Assembly (NCBI GenBank): GCA_037446635.1
Contig: JBBIIG010000062.1
Span: 1 to 22,135, forward strand
Direction of reading: 5' to 3'
Origin: a bacterium
GTDB lineage: Bacteria > Zhuqueibacterota > Zhuqueibacteria > Oceanimicrobiales > Oceanimicrobiaceae
DNA: 22,135 nt
Shown here: positions 7,924 to 16,574 of the stretch, piece by piece
How positions within the stretch are numbered: position 1 is the stretch's first letter
Layout: each line of letters begins with the position of its first letter
Made by a program: the position numbers and the translations under genes
Notes under the pieces: generated by a model
The model's input: only the letters and a program-made list of their open reading frames with translations
Told to the model about the DNA's origin: nothing
Databases searched by the model: none

Positions 7924-9825
7924 TTATTCCTCCGTTGGCAAAAGCAGCTTAAAGGTCGTGCCCTGGTTGACGATGCTCTCCACCTGGATATCCCCTTGAT
8001 GCTCGGTGATGATGCGGTAAACGATCGCCAGGCCCAAGCCGGCGCCCTGCGGCTTGGTGGTGAAAAACGGGTTGAAGATCGACGGCAGCGTTTCCGGCCG
8101 AATGCCTGCGCCGGTGTCGGAGACCAACGCTTCCACGTAGAGGGCGCTTTTGGGCTGCACCGGAAACGGCCGCCCGCGGCGATCGACGCGCTGAATGGTG
8201 GTAACTTTGGAGCTGGCCGCCAGTGTGAGCTCGCCGCCTTTGGGCATGGCGTCGAGGGCGTTCAAAAAAAGATTGACGAATACCTGCTGAATCTGGTGAA
8301 AATCCACATAGAGCTGGGGCAAATCCTGCGGATAGATTTCGCGGAAAGCCACGCTCTGCGCCCGCATGCGGTTGGCGAGCAGCGCCGCCACCTCCTGCAC
8401 GATTTCCGGCAGGCGGTGAAATTTCTTTTGCGGCTCGCGCGGTTTGGCGTAAGAAAAAATCGTCTTGAGCAAATCATCCATGCGGTTCACCTGCCGCACG
8501 ATGCGCGAGACGTATTCTCGGCGCGGATCCGTCGCCACGATTTCTTCTTCCAAAGTCTGCGCGATGGTTTTGATGCCGGCCAGCGGGTTGCGGATTTCAT
8601 GGGCGATGCCGGAGGCCATCACGCCCATGGACGCCAGCCGATCCATGCGCTGCACCTCCACCTGCATTTGCTTGATCTGGGTGATGTCGCGAAACGAGAT
8701 GATCGATCCCACCCGCCGTTTCTGGGAATCGAAGCGCGGCGTGACCGTAAAACCGACGTACACCGGCGTCCCCTCTTTGGTGGCGAGCTGCATTTCACGA
8801 TTGAACAGCCCTTGATCCGGATCGTCGATGATCTGCATTAAACGGTGGCAATTTTCCGAAGGAAATACTTCCTCCAGCGCGCGGCCGAGAACCTCGTCGG
8901 CGCTCAGGTGCAGAAGCTCCTCGGCGCCGTTGTTAAACGATGTGATGCGGCGGTTGAGATCGATGGTAATCAGCCCCGACCCCATGCTCTGAATGATGCT
9001 TTCGTTGAAATTTTTGAGATCGATGATCTCCTGCTCCAGCGACTTTTTTTCCGTGATGTCGCGGGCGATGCCGACGCAGCCCACCACGTTTCCACCCTCA
9101 AAAATGGGGTTGATGTTCACCGAAAGATAAATGAACTTGCGCTTTTTGTGAGGAACCCGCACTTCAAAAATACTCGACTTGCCATTCAAAGTGTTTTCAA
9201 AATGGGCACGCGCCCGCTCCCGATCCTCCGGCAAAACCAGATCGAAGCAATTCTTGCCCATCCATTCGTTGCGGTCCAACCCGGTGATGGAAAACAGCCG
9301 GCGATTGATGAGGGTAAAATTCCCGCTGGTATTCAGGGTGAAAATCAGATCGCTGGCGTTCTCGATCAAATCCTGATATTTGTATTCCGTCTGTTTGACT
9401 TTGCGCTGCAGCTCGGCGTTCTTCATCTTAACCGCGTGCATGATGAAGACGTTATCGATAACGTTCAACAACTCGCGATTGCCAAACGGTTTGAGGAGAA
9501 ACGCGCTCAACCCCATTTCAAAAAACTCCTGGCGTTCGATGTCTTCCTCAGAGGCGGCGGTGAGCAGGATGACGGGACAGTCGCGTACCGCAAGATATTT
9601 TGGATTCTTCACAATCTCTTTGAAGAATTCAAAACCGTTCATTCCCGGCATCATATAATCAAGTATGATCAAGTCTGGTCGGTGTTGAAGAAAAACGGCC
9701 AAACCTTCTTCACCGGAGGAAGCGGTCAAATAGCCGTAACCAGCCTTTCTTAGGATGATGCCGGCGATATCCAACATGTCCAGATCGTCATCGACGAACA
9801 GAATCGTTTTGTTCTGATGGTTCAT
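7924..9825 (-). CDS. Cytoplasmic hybrid histidine kinase REC-PAS-PAS-HisKA-HATPase (NtrB/AtoS-like)
   Basis: N-terminal REC (FVDDD, ILDYMMPG, KPF), two PAS domains ending RDIT, H-box IAHEIRNPL, N-box NLFLNALDAM, DTGAGI, FNPFFTTK and GAGLGL. No TM segment. Confidence 0.94.
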   Translation of the reverse strand: MNHQNKTILFVDDDLDMLDIAGIILRKAGYGYLTASSGEEGLAVFLQHRPDLIILDYMMPGMNGFEFFKEIVKNPKYLAVRDCPVILLTAASEEDIERQEFFEMGLSAFLLKPFGNRELLNVIDNVFIMHAVKMKNAELQRKVKQTEYKYQDLIENASDLIFTLNTSGNFTLINRRLFSITGLDRNEWMGKNCFDLVLPEDRERARAHFENTLNGKSSIFEVRVPHKKRKFIYLSVNINPIFEGGNVVGCVGIARDITEKKSLEQEIIDLKNFNESIIQSMGSGLITIDLNRRITSFNNGAEELLHLSADEVLGRALEEVFPSENCHRLMQIIDDPDQGLFNREMQLATKEGTPVYVGFTVTPRFDSQKRRVGSIISFRDITQIKQMQVEVQRMDRLASMGVMASGIAHEIRNPLAGIKTIAQTLEEEIVATDPRREYVSRIVRQVNRMDDLLKTIFSYAKPREPQKKFHRLPEIVQEVAALLANRMRAQSVAFREIYPQDLPQLYVDFHQIQQVFVNLFLNALDAMPKGGELTLAASSKVTTIQRVDRRGRPFPVQPKSALYVEALVSDTGAGIRPETLPSIFNPFFTTKPQGAGLGLAIVYRIITEHQGDIQVESIVNQGTTFKLLLPTEE

Positions 9826-9852
9826 GCAATCAAAGTTTGAAACCGCAGCCGG

Positions 9853-11340
9853 CTAAGCCAACGCCGGCTGTTCTTTTAACGCCGGGGCGACTGCGCTGCT
9901 TTTGGGCAAAGCCAACGAAAAGGTGGAGCCCTTGCCGAGCTCGCTTTTCACCTTAATTTTTCCGCCGTGGATTTCCACAATTTCTTTTACCAGCGCCAGC
10001 CCCAATCCAGAACCGCTGATATCCATCACCTTATCATTATCCGTTACCCGATAGAATTTTTCAAAAATATGTTGCAGCGATTTTTCGGAAATGCCAAAGC
10101 CGGTATCTTCCACTTCAATGGTCACGTCTTTTTCGTTGTCAAACAAGCGGATGGTAACGCTGGCGTGTTCCGGGCTGTATTTGATAGCGTTGGAGTAGAG
10201 ATTCAAAATCGCCTGCTCCATCATGTCGCGATCAAGATTCAGAATCGGAACCTCGAGCGGCGCCTCGAAGCTGACGCGAATTTGTTTTTTTTCGGCGAGC
10301 TGGGAATTGAAATCCAAAACTTTTTCGATCAGCATTTTCAAATCGACCGGCGTTTTTTGCATCTGGCTTTTGCCGGATTCGATCTTCGAGATGTCTAAAA
10401 ATTTATTGATCAAATCGCTCAAACGATTCGACTCTTTTAAAATGATCTGCGCGTATTCCTCGGATTGATCGCGGGTGATGCTGTTATCCAGCAGCAGCTC
10501 GCTGAACCCGGAGATGCAGGTGAGGGGTGAGCGCAGCTCGTGGGCGACCATCGAGACCAACTCGGTTTTCATGCGGTCGATTTCTTTTTCGCGAGTGATG
10601 TCGCGCAAAATCGTCACGATGCCAACCAGCTCGCCGCTTTTTTCATCCACCATGCGGGCGGCGCGCGACTGCAGCACCTGCTGCTTGGGAAGATCGGGAT
10701 TGTCCACCACCAGCTCGATGTTCTGTAATTTTTTGGAAGAACTGGCGGTTATTTCCTTAATAAATTTGATCAGCTTGCGGTTATTGATCAGCTCTTCCAG
10801 CGGCCGCTCGATGTAGTCCAAATTGCTCAAACCAAACCAGCGAGCGGCGACGGTGTTCACCAACAAAACGCGATGGGCGGCATCGGTAACGATGACGCCA
10901 TCGGCGATATTTTTGAGAATGGTTTCGGTTTTGTTTTTCTCGTTGATGATTTTGTGCAGGTTCTTTTCCTGGATGCGCCGAAGCTGATCGGTCATGTAAT
11001 TGAAAATCTTCGCCAGCCGGCCAATCTCGTCGTCGGACTCTACGACCACCTCCTGGTAAAAATTGCCGCGCGCGATCTCCGTGGCGGTACGAATAAAATG
11101 CGTAATAGGCTTGCTGATCTTTTTGCTGAAATAAAACGCGCCGGCGCTGGCCAGGATCAGTGAGAATAAAATCAGGCTGTAGTAAACAAACGGCAGGCTG
11201 CTGCGCTCGCCCTGGGAAATCTCGTTGCCCATAACAATGAAATAAACCCAGGACAGCCCGATTGGCAGCACTGAAATCAGAAACGTTAAAATAAATAGCT
11301 TCTTGAAAATGGAGCTGCTTTTGAACAACGATTGCTTCAT
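9853..11340 (-). CDS. Membrane histidine kinase 2TM-HAMP-PAS-HisKA-HATPase (WalK/PhoR-like)
   Basis: Two TM helices with a very short loop, HAMP (DEIGRLAKIFNYM), PAS, H-box VAHELRSPL, NLYSNAIKYS, DTGFGI and GSGLGL. Confidence 0.94.
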   Translation of the reverse strand: MKQSLFKSSSIFKKLFILTFLISVLPIGLSWVYFIVMGNEISQGERSSLPFVYYSLILFSLILASAGAFYFSKKISKPITHFIRTATEIARGNFYQEVVVESDDEIGRLAKIFNYMTDQLRRIQEKNLHKIINEKNKTETILKNIADGVIVTDAAHRVLLVNTVAARWFGLSNLDYIERPLEELINNRKLIKFIKEITASSSKKLQNIELVVDNPDLPKQQVLQSRAARMVDEKSGELVGIVTILRDITREKEIDRMKTELVSMVAHELRSPLTCISGFSELLLDNSITRDQSEEYAQIILKESNRLSDLINKFLDISKIESGKSQMQKTPVDLKMLIEKVLDFNSQLAEKKQIRVSFEAPLEVPILNLDRDMMEQAILNLYSNAIKYSPEHASVTIRLFDNEKDVTIEVEDTGFGISEKSLQHIFEKFYRVTDNDKVMDISGSGLGLALVKEIVEIHGGKIKVKSELGKGSTFSLALPKSSAVAPALKEQPALA

Positions 11341-11352
11341 GGGTTCCCCAGA

Positions 11353-12300
11353 TTATTCCACGAAAATCGCATTTCTGCCGCTCTGTTTGGCGCGATACAG
11401 GCGCTGGTCCGCCGAATTCACCAAAGAATCAAAATCCTGCCCGTCATCCGGGTACGTGGCGACGCCGGCGCTGATGGTAATTTTGCGGTTGGGCTGATTC
11501 TCTTCGAATTCGAATTTGTGTTCTTCCACTAAGCGGCGAATTTTTTCGGCGACGATCTTGGCCGCCGCTTTGTTGGATTCCGGCAGCACCAGCACGAATT
11601 CTTCCCCGCCGTAGCGCGCCGCGAGATCGATGTTGCGAATGTTGTCCTTCAAAAGCTTGGAAATTTGTTTTAAGACGGCGTCGCCGGCGGGGTGGCCGTT
11701 GGTGTCGTTGTAATGTTTAAAATGATCGATATCCATCATCACCACCGAAACGCCCAATTTATGACGTTTGGCGCGGTGCAATTCCTGCGAAAGATGATCC
11801 TTAAAATAACGGTAATTGTAAAGGCCGGTCAAGCCATCGGTGATAGCCAACTGGCGCAGCTCCTCCTTCGCCTTTTGCAGCTCCTGCACCTTTTCGTTGA
11901 GCGCGTCGTTGAGCAACTTGATCCGCAGCAGCGACCGCACTCTCACCATCAGCTCCAGCTTGTTGAAGGGCTTGCTGATGAAATCATCCGCGCCGGCGTT
12001 CATGCCTTTGATCTTATCCTCCAACTCGTTGAGGGCGGTCACCATGATGACGGGAATGAACATCGTGTCTTTGTCCGATTTGATGACCTGGCAAACCTCG
12101 AAGCCGTTCATCTTCGGCATCATCACATCGAGGAGGATTAAATCGGGAAAGTGTCTCTGCACCAACTCGATGGCCTCCACCCCATCCTTGGCGGAAATAA
12201 TATCGTAACCCTCGCTCGTGAGGTAGGTGGTCAGCAGTTGAATATTTACGGGGACATCGTCAACAACCAGAATTGTGTGCCTTTGGGAGTGGTTCGCCAT
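11353..12300 (-). CDS. REC-GGDEF diguanylate cyclase (WspR/PleD-like)
   Basis: REC (VVDD, LLDVMMP, KPF), coiled-coil linker, DGLTGLYN, DIDHFKHYND, I-site RNID and active site GGEEF. Confidence 0.95.
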   Translation of the reverse strand: MANHSQRHTILVVDDVPVNIQLLTTYLTSEGYDIISAKDGVEAIELVQRHFPDLILLDVMMPKMNGFEVCQVIKSDKDTMFIPVIMVTALNELEDKIKGMNAGADDFISKPFNKLELMVRVRSLLRIKLLNDALNEKVQELQKAKEELRQLAITDGLTGLYNYRYFKDHLSQELHRAKRHKLGVSVVMMDIDHFKHYNDTNGHPAGDAVLKQISKLLKDNIRNIDLAARYGGEEFVLVLPESNKAAAKIVAEKIRRLVEEHKFEFEENQPNRKITISAGVATYPDDGQDFDSLVNSADQRLYRAKQSGRNAIFVE

Positions 12301-12491
12301 GATGTCGTGACTTCACCTCAAATTTTTCTTTAAACACTACCTCATGAAATCTGCATCCGGAAATGAGGTGGGATTTTGTCCAGAATAATACAAACGGTTT
12401 AATGATGGTGAGTACAAAATGAAGGTTGTTTTGGGAATCGCATTTTTTATTTTGACTTAAAAGTGGTCAGAAATCGTTCAAAATCGTGGGG

Positions 12492-12520
12492 AAAATACAA
12501 TTAAATATAGTGATTGTCAA
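12492..12520 (-). promoter_or_regulatory. Sigma70-type promoter for the signalling operon
   Basis: Minus strand TTGACA (12520-12515), 17-nt spacer, TATTTT (12497-12492), in an AT-rich intergenic region ~190 nt upstream of the GGDEF gene. Confidence 0.7.
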
Positions 12521-12777
12521 GAACTATTTGGCGAATGGCTAATTAAACTATTTTAACACTTGCCACCAACGATTAGAAAGTTTTCCCTAAAATCTGTTGA
12601 AATCGAAACGGCCCGGCGTTTTTGGATGTTAGGAATTACCCGAAGACGTGAATTAAAATCGGGCAGGCGGAATTGAGAATTTGAAAAAGGCAGCAACGCA
12701 ACCCCAACGCGTGCTAAGAATTCGCAAAAGGCGCCAAGGGAAAGATTGATTTTTTAGGGTCATCTAACCCGGATAAT

Positions 12778-12911
12778 TCACCGCAGAGCCTAAATAAAAA
12801 CAATTAACTCAGGCGTCCAGGAAAGGAAAACACCATCTTTTTTTCTGCATTGCAGGCTGGCTCTGTAAATCTAACGGAAACAACTCCGCGGCCTCTGCGC
12901 GCTCTGCGGTT
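12778..12911. repeat. Degenerate 9-mer inverted element (CTCTGCGNN family)
   Basis: Right arm CTCCGCGGC-CTCTGCGCG-CTCTGCGGT at 12884-12910 and a single left unit ACCGCAGAG at 12780-12788. Confidence 0.55.
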
Positions 12912-13047
12912 CATGAATTCATCAGGCTAAGAAATTACTGGACTATGGTTTTGAAATTTTTAGGCGCTAATATGAAAAATGAAGAAGAATTTTTCAAGAA
13001 TTTTTTAAGCGGAAGACCGGACTCCGCCATTGTCATTTTTGAATGGA

Positions 13048-13075
13048 GTAGGGGCGTATCGCCATTCGCCCCTAC
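13048..13075. repeat. REP-like GTAG palindrome
   Basis: GTAGGGGCG-TATCGCCATT-CGCCCCTAC, 16 nt past the stop codon of the last gene of block A. Confidence 0.75.
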
Positions 13076-13091
13076 GCATCGTTTCCAAGTA

Positions 13092-13925
13092 TTATTCAAT
13101 GTAAAAAACCAGATGGTCACCTTTGGTTTGAGAATCAGCCGCGGTGAACAAACTGGCATCTGCAACCAGCTCACGCAAAATCTGATCAAAAAATTCTTGG
13201 TGATGAGCCGCGCGGCCGCTCACTGCAACCTTTCCGGTGGTGGAGAAATAGCGAATCAATCCCGCCACCTCCCGCGCAAACGGTCCGGCCTCGGACTTCA
13301 GACGAAGACCGTCGTTCGTAAAAAGCGCCGCCGGATCGATGCCCACGATTAATTTGTTTTCCTGATTGAGATAAAACGCCGCAACCGAAAATGATTGCCC
13401 GGGAAACGTCTTCTTGTTGCCGGCTTTATCCACGGCGGTAAAGCTGTAAGCATAGGTGTGGCCGGGAATCAAAGGCTCGCCGCTGTCGCTGAGGCCGTCC
13501 CAGAATATTTGTTCCGGCGGGTTGCCCTCGCCGGCGAGGCTGCGAAAGAGCGAGCCATCGCTGGCGGTGATATCGAGCTTCCAGCGCTGGAGATTGCTAA
13601 ACTTAAGATTGAAGATTTTGACGGGCGCCGGACGAATGTTCGCCAACTGCGGAGGCGCCAGTTGCAAATTCAAAAGGAGGTTGTTATCTGAACTTTGGGC
13701 GCCGGCATCGACGCTCGCCCAGTGCACGCGCTCGCTGATTTGCACCACCTCCGAAAAATCAAGATGGATAGCCGCGGGCAACTTTTCTTCCATGAAACCC
13801 GCTTCAAAACTTTCCTTCACCATCACGTCGTTGAGGACGTCGCTGGAGTCAGCGCTTTGCCCCCGCAGCGCCGGAGCGCTCAATGGCAGCGCGCCGATGA
13901 TGAGTGCGATGAGATATCGTTTCAT
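13092..13925 (-). CDS. Exported protein with a FlgD-Ig-like domain and a degenerate OmpA-like C-terminus
   Basis: Signal peptide MKRYLIALIIGALPLSAPALRG (ATG 13925, AAGGGAG upstream). Contains WKLDI...GNPPEQIFWDGLSDSGEPL...YAYSF and a C-terminal ALFTNDGLRLKSEA...KVAVSG. Confidence 0.75.
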   Translation of the reverse strand: MKRYLIALIIGALPLSAPALRGQSADSSDVLNDVMVKESFEAGFMEEKLPAAIHLDFSEVVQISERVHWASVDAGAQSSDNNLLLNLQLAPPQLANIRPAPVKIFNLKFSNLQRWKLDITASDGSLFRSLAGEGNPPEQIFWDGLSDSGEPLIPGHTYAYSFTAVDKAGNKKTFPGQSFSVAAFYLNQENKLIVGIDPAALFTNDGLRLKSEAGPFAREVAGLIRYFSTTGKVAVSGRAAHHQEFFDQILRELVADASLFTAADSQTKGDHLVFYIE

Positions 13926-13944
13926 AGTACTTACTCCCTTAATG

Positions 13945-14943
13945 CTATTGGTCAATCACAAACTGAAAGGTGATGACGCCGGTTTGATTCTGACGCTTTT
14001 CGCTCATGGCCAGCGGAGCAAAGCGCCATTTTTTGAGCGCCGCGATCACCGCGTCGTCCCACTCCTTGGAGCCGCTGGTTAAGACCACCACCACGTTTTC
14101 CTTCACCAGTCCGTCTTCCATCACCGTGAACTGCAAAGAGACGTTGGCGCCCACGCCCTGGCGTTTCGCCCACAACGGAAACGGTGGTATGACTTTCTCC
14201 AGAATTTTGCGGTTTCCCAACGGGCCAGTGATAAATGTGCTGGTTTGTTTAACGGCTTCCGGCATCGTTTGCACCGGGTTCGAATGAATGTTTGAAGGTG
14301 GCCGTTCTCCTCCGCCGGAAACCGCGCCGCCGCCCAGGCTGGAGGTTGCCGCGCGGCGCTCCAAACTAATTTGCGGCGAACCGCCAGCGATTTTGCCAGT
14401 TTGGATGCTCGAACCTGCGGCCGCCAATTCCTGGCCGCGCTTCAACGCGATTGGCGCGCTGAGATGGCTGATTTTGTCGTCATCGCGCGTGCCCTTGGCA
14501 GGAGAAACCGTCAACACCTGCGAGTGGCTTGCCGGCGCGATGCTGGCCAAATGCATCGGCGCTTGTTCGCGCACCATGTCAAACCGCTGCGGTGTAACCG
14601 GCATGTCAGCATTCACGTTTTCTGCCGGGTTAGAAAACAAAGCCGTCTCGGTTTCCTTCTGGATTTCGGTTGCGAGCGGTTTGGGCGGCAGCTTGATTTC
14701 CGGTTCTTCCGAAAGATCCACGAAGCTGATCTCGCGAATTTCCTGCACCACCGGCTCGTGCAGCGCTTCCGTCACCATGAAACCGGAAATCAAAAAAATA
14801 TGGACGATAACTGAAATCACCCCGCTGACGCCGCACCGCAGGCGCGCTTTCTTGAGCAGCCCCCGGACGACGGCGGTTTTGATTTCACTTATTCCTTTCA
14901 CATTAACCCGAATTTCCACGGGCGAGACTTCAATGAATTTCAT
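13945..14943 (-). CDS. tonB: TonB-family energy transducer
   Basis: TM helix with SxxxH (ISVIVH), long low-complexity linker and a TonB_C domain PPFPLWAKRQGVGANVSLQFTV...SGSKEWDDAVIAALKKWRFAP. Confidence 0.88.
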   Translation of the reverse strand: MKFIEVSPVEIRVNVKGISEIKTAVVRGLLKKARLRCGVSGVISVIVHIFLISGFMVTEALHEPVVQEIREISFVDLSEEPEIKLPPKPLATEIQKETETALFSNPAENVNADMPVTPQRFDMVREQAPMHLASIAPASHSQVLTVSPAKGTRDDDKISHLSAPIALKRGQELAAAGSSIQTGKIAGGSPQISLERRAATSSLGGGAVSGGGERPPSNIHSNPVQTMPEAVKQTSTFITGPLGNRKILEKVIPPFPLWAKRQGVGANVSLQFTVMEDGLVKENVVVVLTSGSKEWDDAVIAALKKWRFAPLAMSEKRQNQTGVITFQFVIDQ

Positions 14944-14956
14944 AATTGGTACCTTG

Positions 14957-15358
14957 TTAAGAACTTCTGCGAACGCGTTGTTCGGTGGCCAGGGCTAAAT
15001 GTCGTGCCCCGGCTTTTTTGACCAGAGCCAAAAGTTCAAGAATACGTTTGTGCTTGACGTTTTTATCCGCGCGAATGACCACCAGGCGGTCGGGGTCGTG
15101 TTCTAATTTTGCTTTTAATTTAATCAGCAGATCGTGCAGTTCGATCTGGTCTTCATTGAGCGCCAACTCGCCGTGATCGGTCAAAGAAATTGTGATATTG
15201 AGCTCTGATTTCGCTTCGGTCGTTGCCGCTTTCGGCAGCTGCACGGCCATGTCCATCGGCGCCATAATCAAAGGCGACGCGGCTAAGAAGATGATCACCA
15301 GCACCAGCGAAACCCCAATTAGCGGGGTGATCTCGATAGTTGTCATTGGTTTCGGCAT
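14957..15358 (-). CDS. exbD: ExbD/TolR-family protein lacking the conserved TM Asp
   Basis: IEITPLIGVSLVLVIIFL, VQLPKA and VVIRADKNV...KKAGA motifs. ATG 15358 has GAGGAG upstream. Confidence 0.88.
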   Translation of the reverse strand: MPKPMTTIEITPLIGVSLVLVIIFLAASPLIMAPMDMAVQLPKAATTEAKSELNITISLTDHGELALNEDQIELHDLLIKLKAKLEHDPDRLVVIRADKNVKHKRILELLALVKKAGARHLALATEQRVRRSS

Positions 15359-15369
15359 GTTCGGACTCC

Positions 15370-15807
15370 TCAAATTTTTTTGCTTTTGATATCGCTCGCG
15401 CGCGGCGCTTTGGTTTTAACGATCGCCAGGCCCTTCGCGCCGCACTGTTTGGCCTCGTCCATGATCATGATCACTCGCTCGTGGATGACGTCGTCATCGG
15501 CGCTGATCACCACCTGCTTGCTTTCGCTGGCGGCCAGCAGCGCCCGCAGGGAATCGGGAAAATCGGCCAGCGCCAGCGGCTCGCCGTTCAGCACCAGCAG
15601 ACTGTCATTCTGCAAGTAAATGTTGGCTTTGATATCGTCAGCCTTTTCGTCGGCCTTGGCTTTTTGCACGCTCGGCGTGGATACTTTAATGCCGGACTGC
15701 ATCACGAAAGGCGAAGTTGCCATAAAAAATATCAGCAGGGTCAGACACACATCCACCAGCGACGTCACGTTGATTTCTGTCAGGCTGCGATTTTCATCTT
15801 TTTTCAT
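15370..15807 (-). CDS. exbD: ExbD/TolR-family protein
   Basis: EINVTSLVDVCLTLLIFFM with the conserved Asp, plus VVISADDDV...MDEAKQCGA. Confidence 0.92.
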   Translation of the reverse strand: MKKDENRSLTEINVTSLVDVCLTLLIFFMATSPFVMQSGIKVSTPSVQKAKADEKADDIKANIYLQNDSLLVLNGEPLALADFPDSLRALLAASESKQVVISADDDVIHERVIMIMDEAKQCGAKGLAIVKTKAPRASDIKSKKI

Positions 15808-15839
15808 TTCATTCTCCAGTTCTTAATTGAAACGGAGCG

Positions 15840-16457
15840 TTAAGCGCGCTGCAAGCCGTCTAAAGTCACCAGCACTTTTTTGCTCACCGATTCAATGTCG
15901 GTCATAATCGTGCCCACTTTGCGCAGAAAGAAATTGTAAAACACCACGGAGGGCACCGCAACCACCAGACCCGCAGCGGTGGTAAACAACGCTTCGGCGA
16001 TGCCGGCGGAAAGCACGGACGGCCCGGCGGCGCCGTTCACCGCCAGCGCATGAAACGCGCTGATGATGCCGACCACCGTGCCAAATAGGCCGATGAGCGG
16101 CGCGATGTTCCCTAACGTTCCCAGAACATTCAAGTTTTTTTCTAATTTGGCGCGCTCTTCAATGGCCATGGCGTTCATCAGCTCTTCGGAAGCTTGACGG
16201 CCGCCTTGGGCTTCTAAGCCGGCGCGCACCACGGCTGCCAGAGATGACAACGACGCGCTGCACACCGCCAACGCCAGATCAACGCCGCCCTTTTGCAGTG
16301 CCTCCTGAATCTGGCGAAAGAAATGTTCGGCGTTGGCGGCGCAGCGTTTCAGAAAAAACCAGCGCTCAAAAATAAACGTCAACGCAATAACTGAACATAA
16401 CAGCAGCGCCATCATGGTGATGCTGGATTTCAACGTTTCAAAAAGATTTAGCTCCAT
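15840..16457 (-). CDS. exbB: MotA/TolQ/ExbB proton channel protein
   Basis: Three TM segments, LGTLGNIAPLIGLFGTVVGI and GIAEALFTTAAGLVVAVP. Confidence 0.93.
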   Translation of the reverse strand: MELNLFETLKSSITMMALLLCSVIALTFIFERWFFLKRCAANAEHFFRQIQEALQKGGVDLALAVCSASLSSLAAVVRAGLEAQGGRQASEELMNAMAIEERAKLEKNLNVLGTLGNIAPLIGLFGTVVGIISAFHALAVNGAAGPSVLSAGIAEALFTTAAGLVVAVPSVVFYNFFLRKVGTIMTDIESVSKKVLVTLDGLQRA

Positions 16458-16536
16458 CGTGGTACTCCATAAATTAGATTGTGATTACTCATTCAGACTA
16501 AAACAGTTGATGAAATTTTGAACTCACTGAAGTCCC

Positions 16537-16565
16537 GTAGGGAACGCATAGTATGCGTTCCCTAC
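16537..16565. repeat. REP-like GTAG palindrome, copy 1
   Basis: GTAGGGAACGCATA-G-TATGCGTTCCCTAC with perfect 14-bp arms, just after the TPR gene stop. Confidence 0.85.
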
Positions 16566-16574
16566 TCATTTGTT

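Noticed and set aside
12301..13090. Possible c-di-GMP riboswitch, tRNA or other ncRNA in the long intergenic region
   Set aside because: No recognisable consensus was found on either strand by eye. An Rfam scan would be needed to exclude it.
12935..13352. ORFs 12935-13189 (-) and 12945-13352 (+)
   Set aside because: They overlap the 13092-13925 gene, run through a REP-like palindrome and show no motifs.
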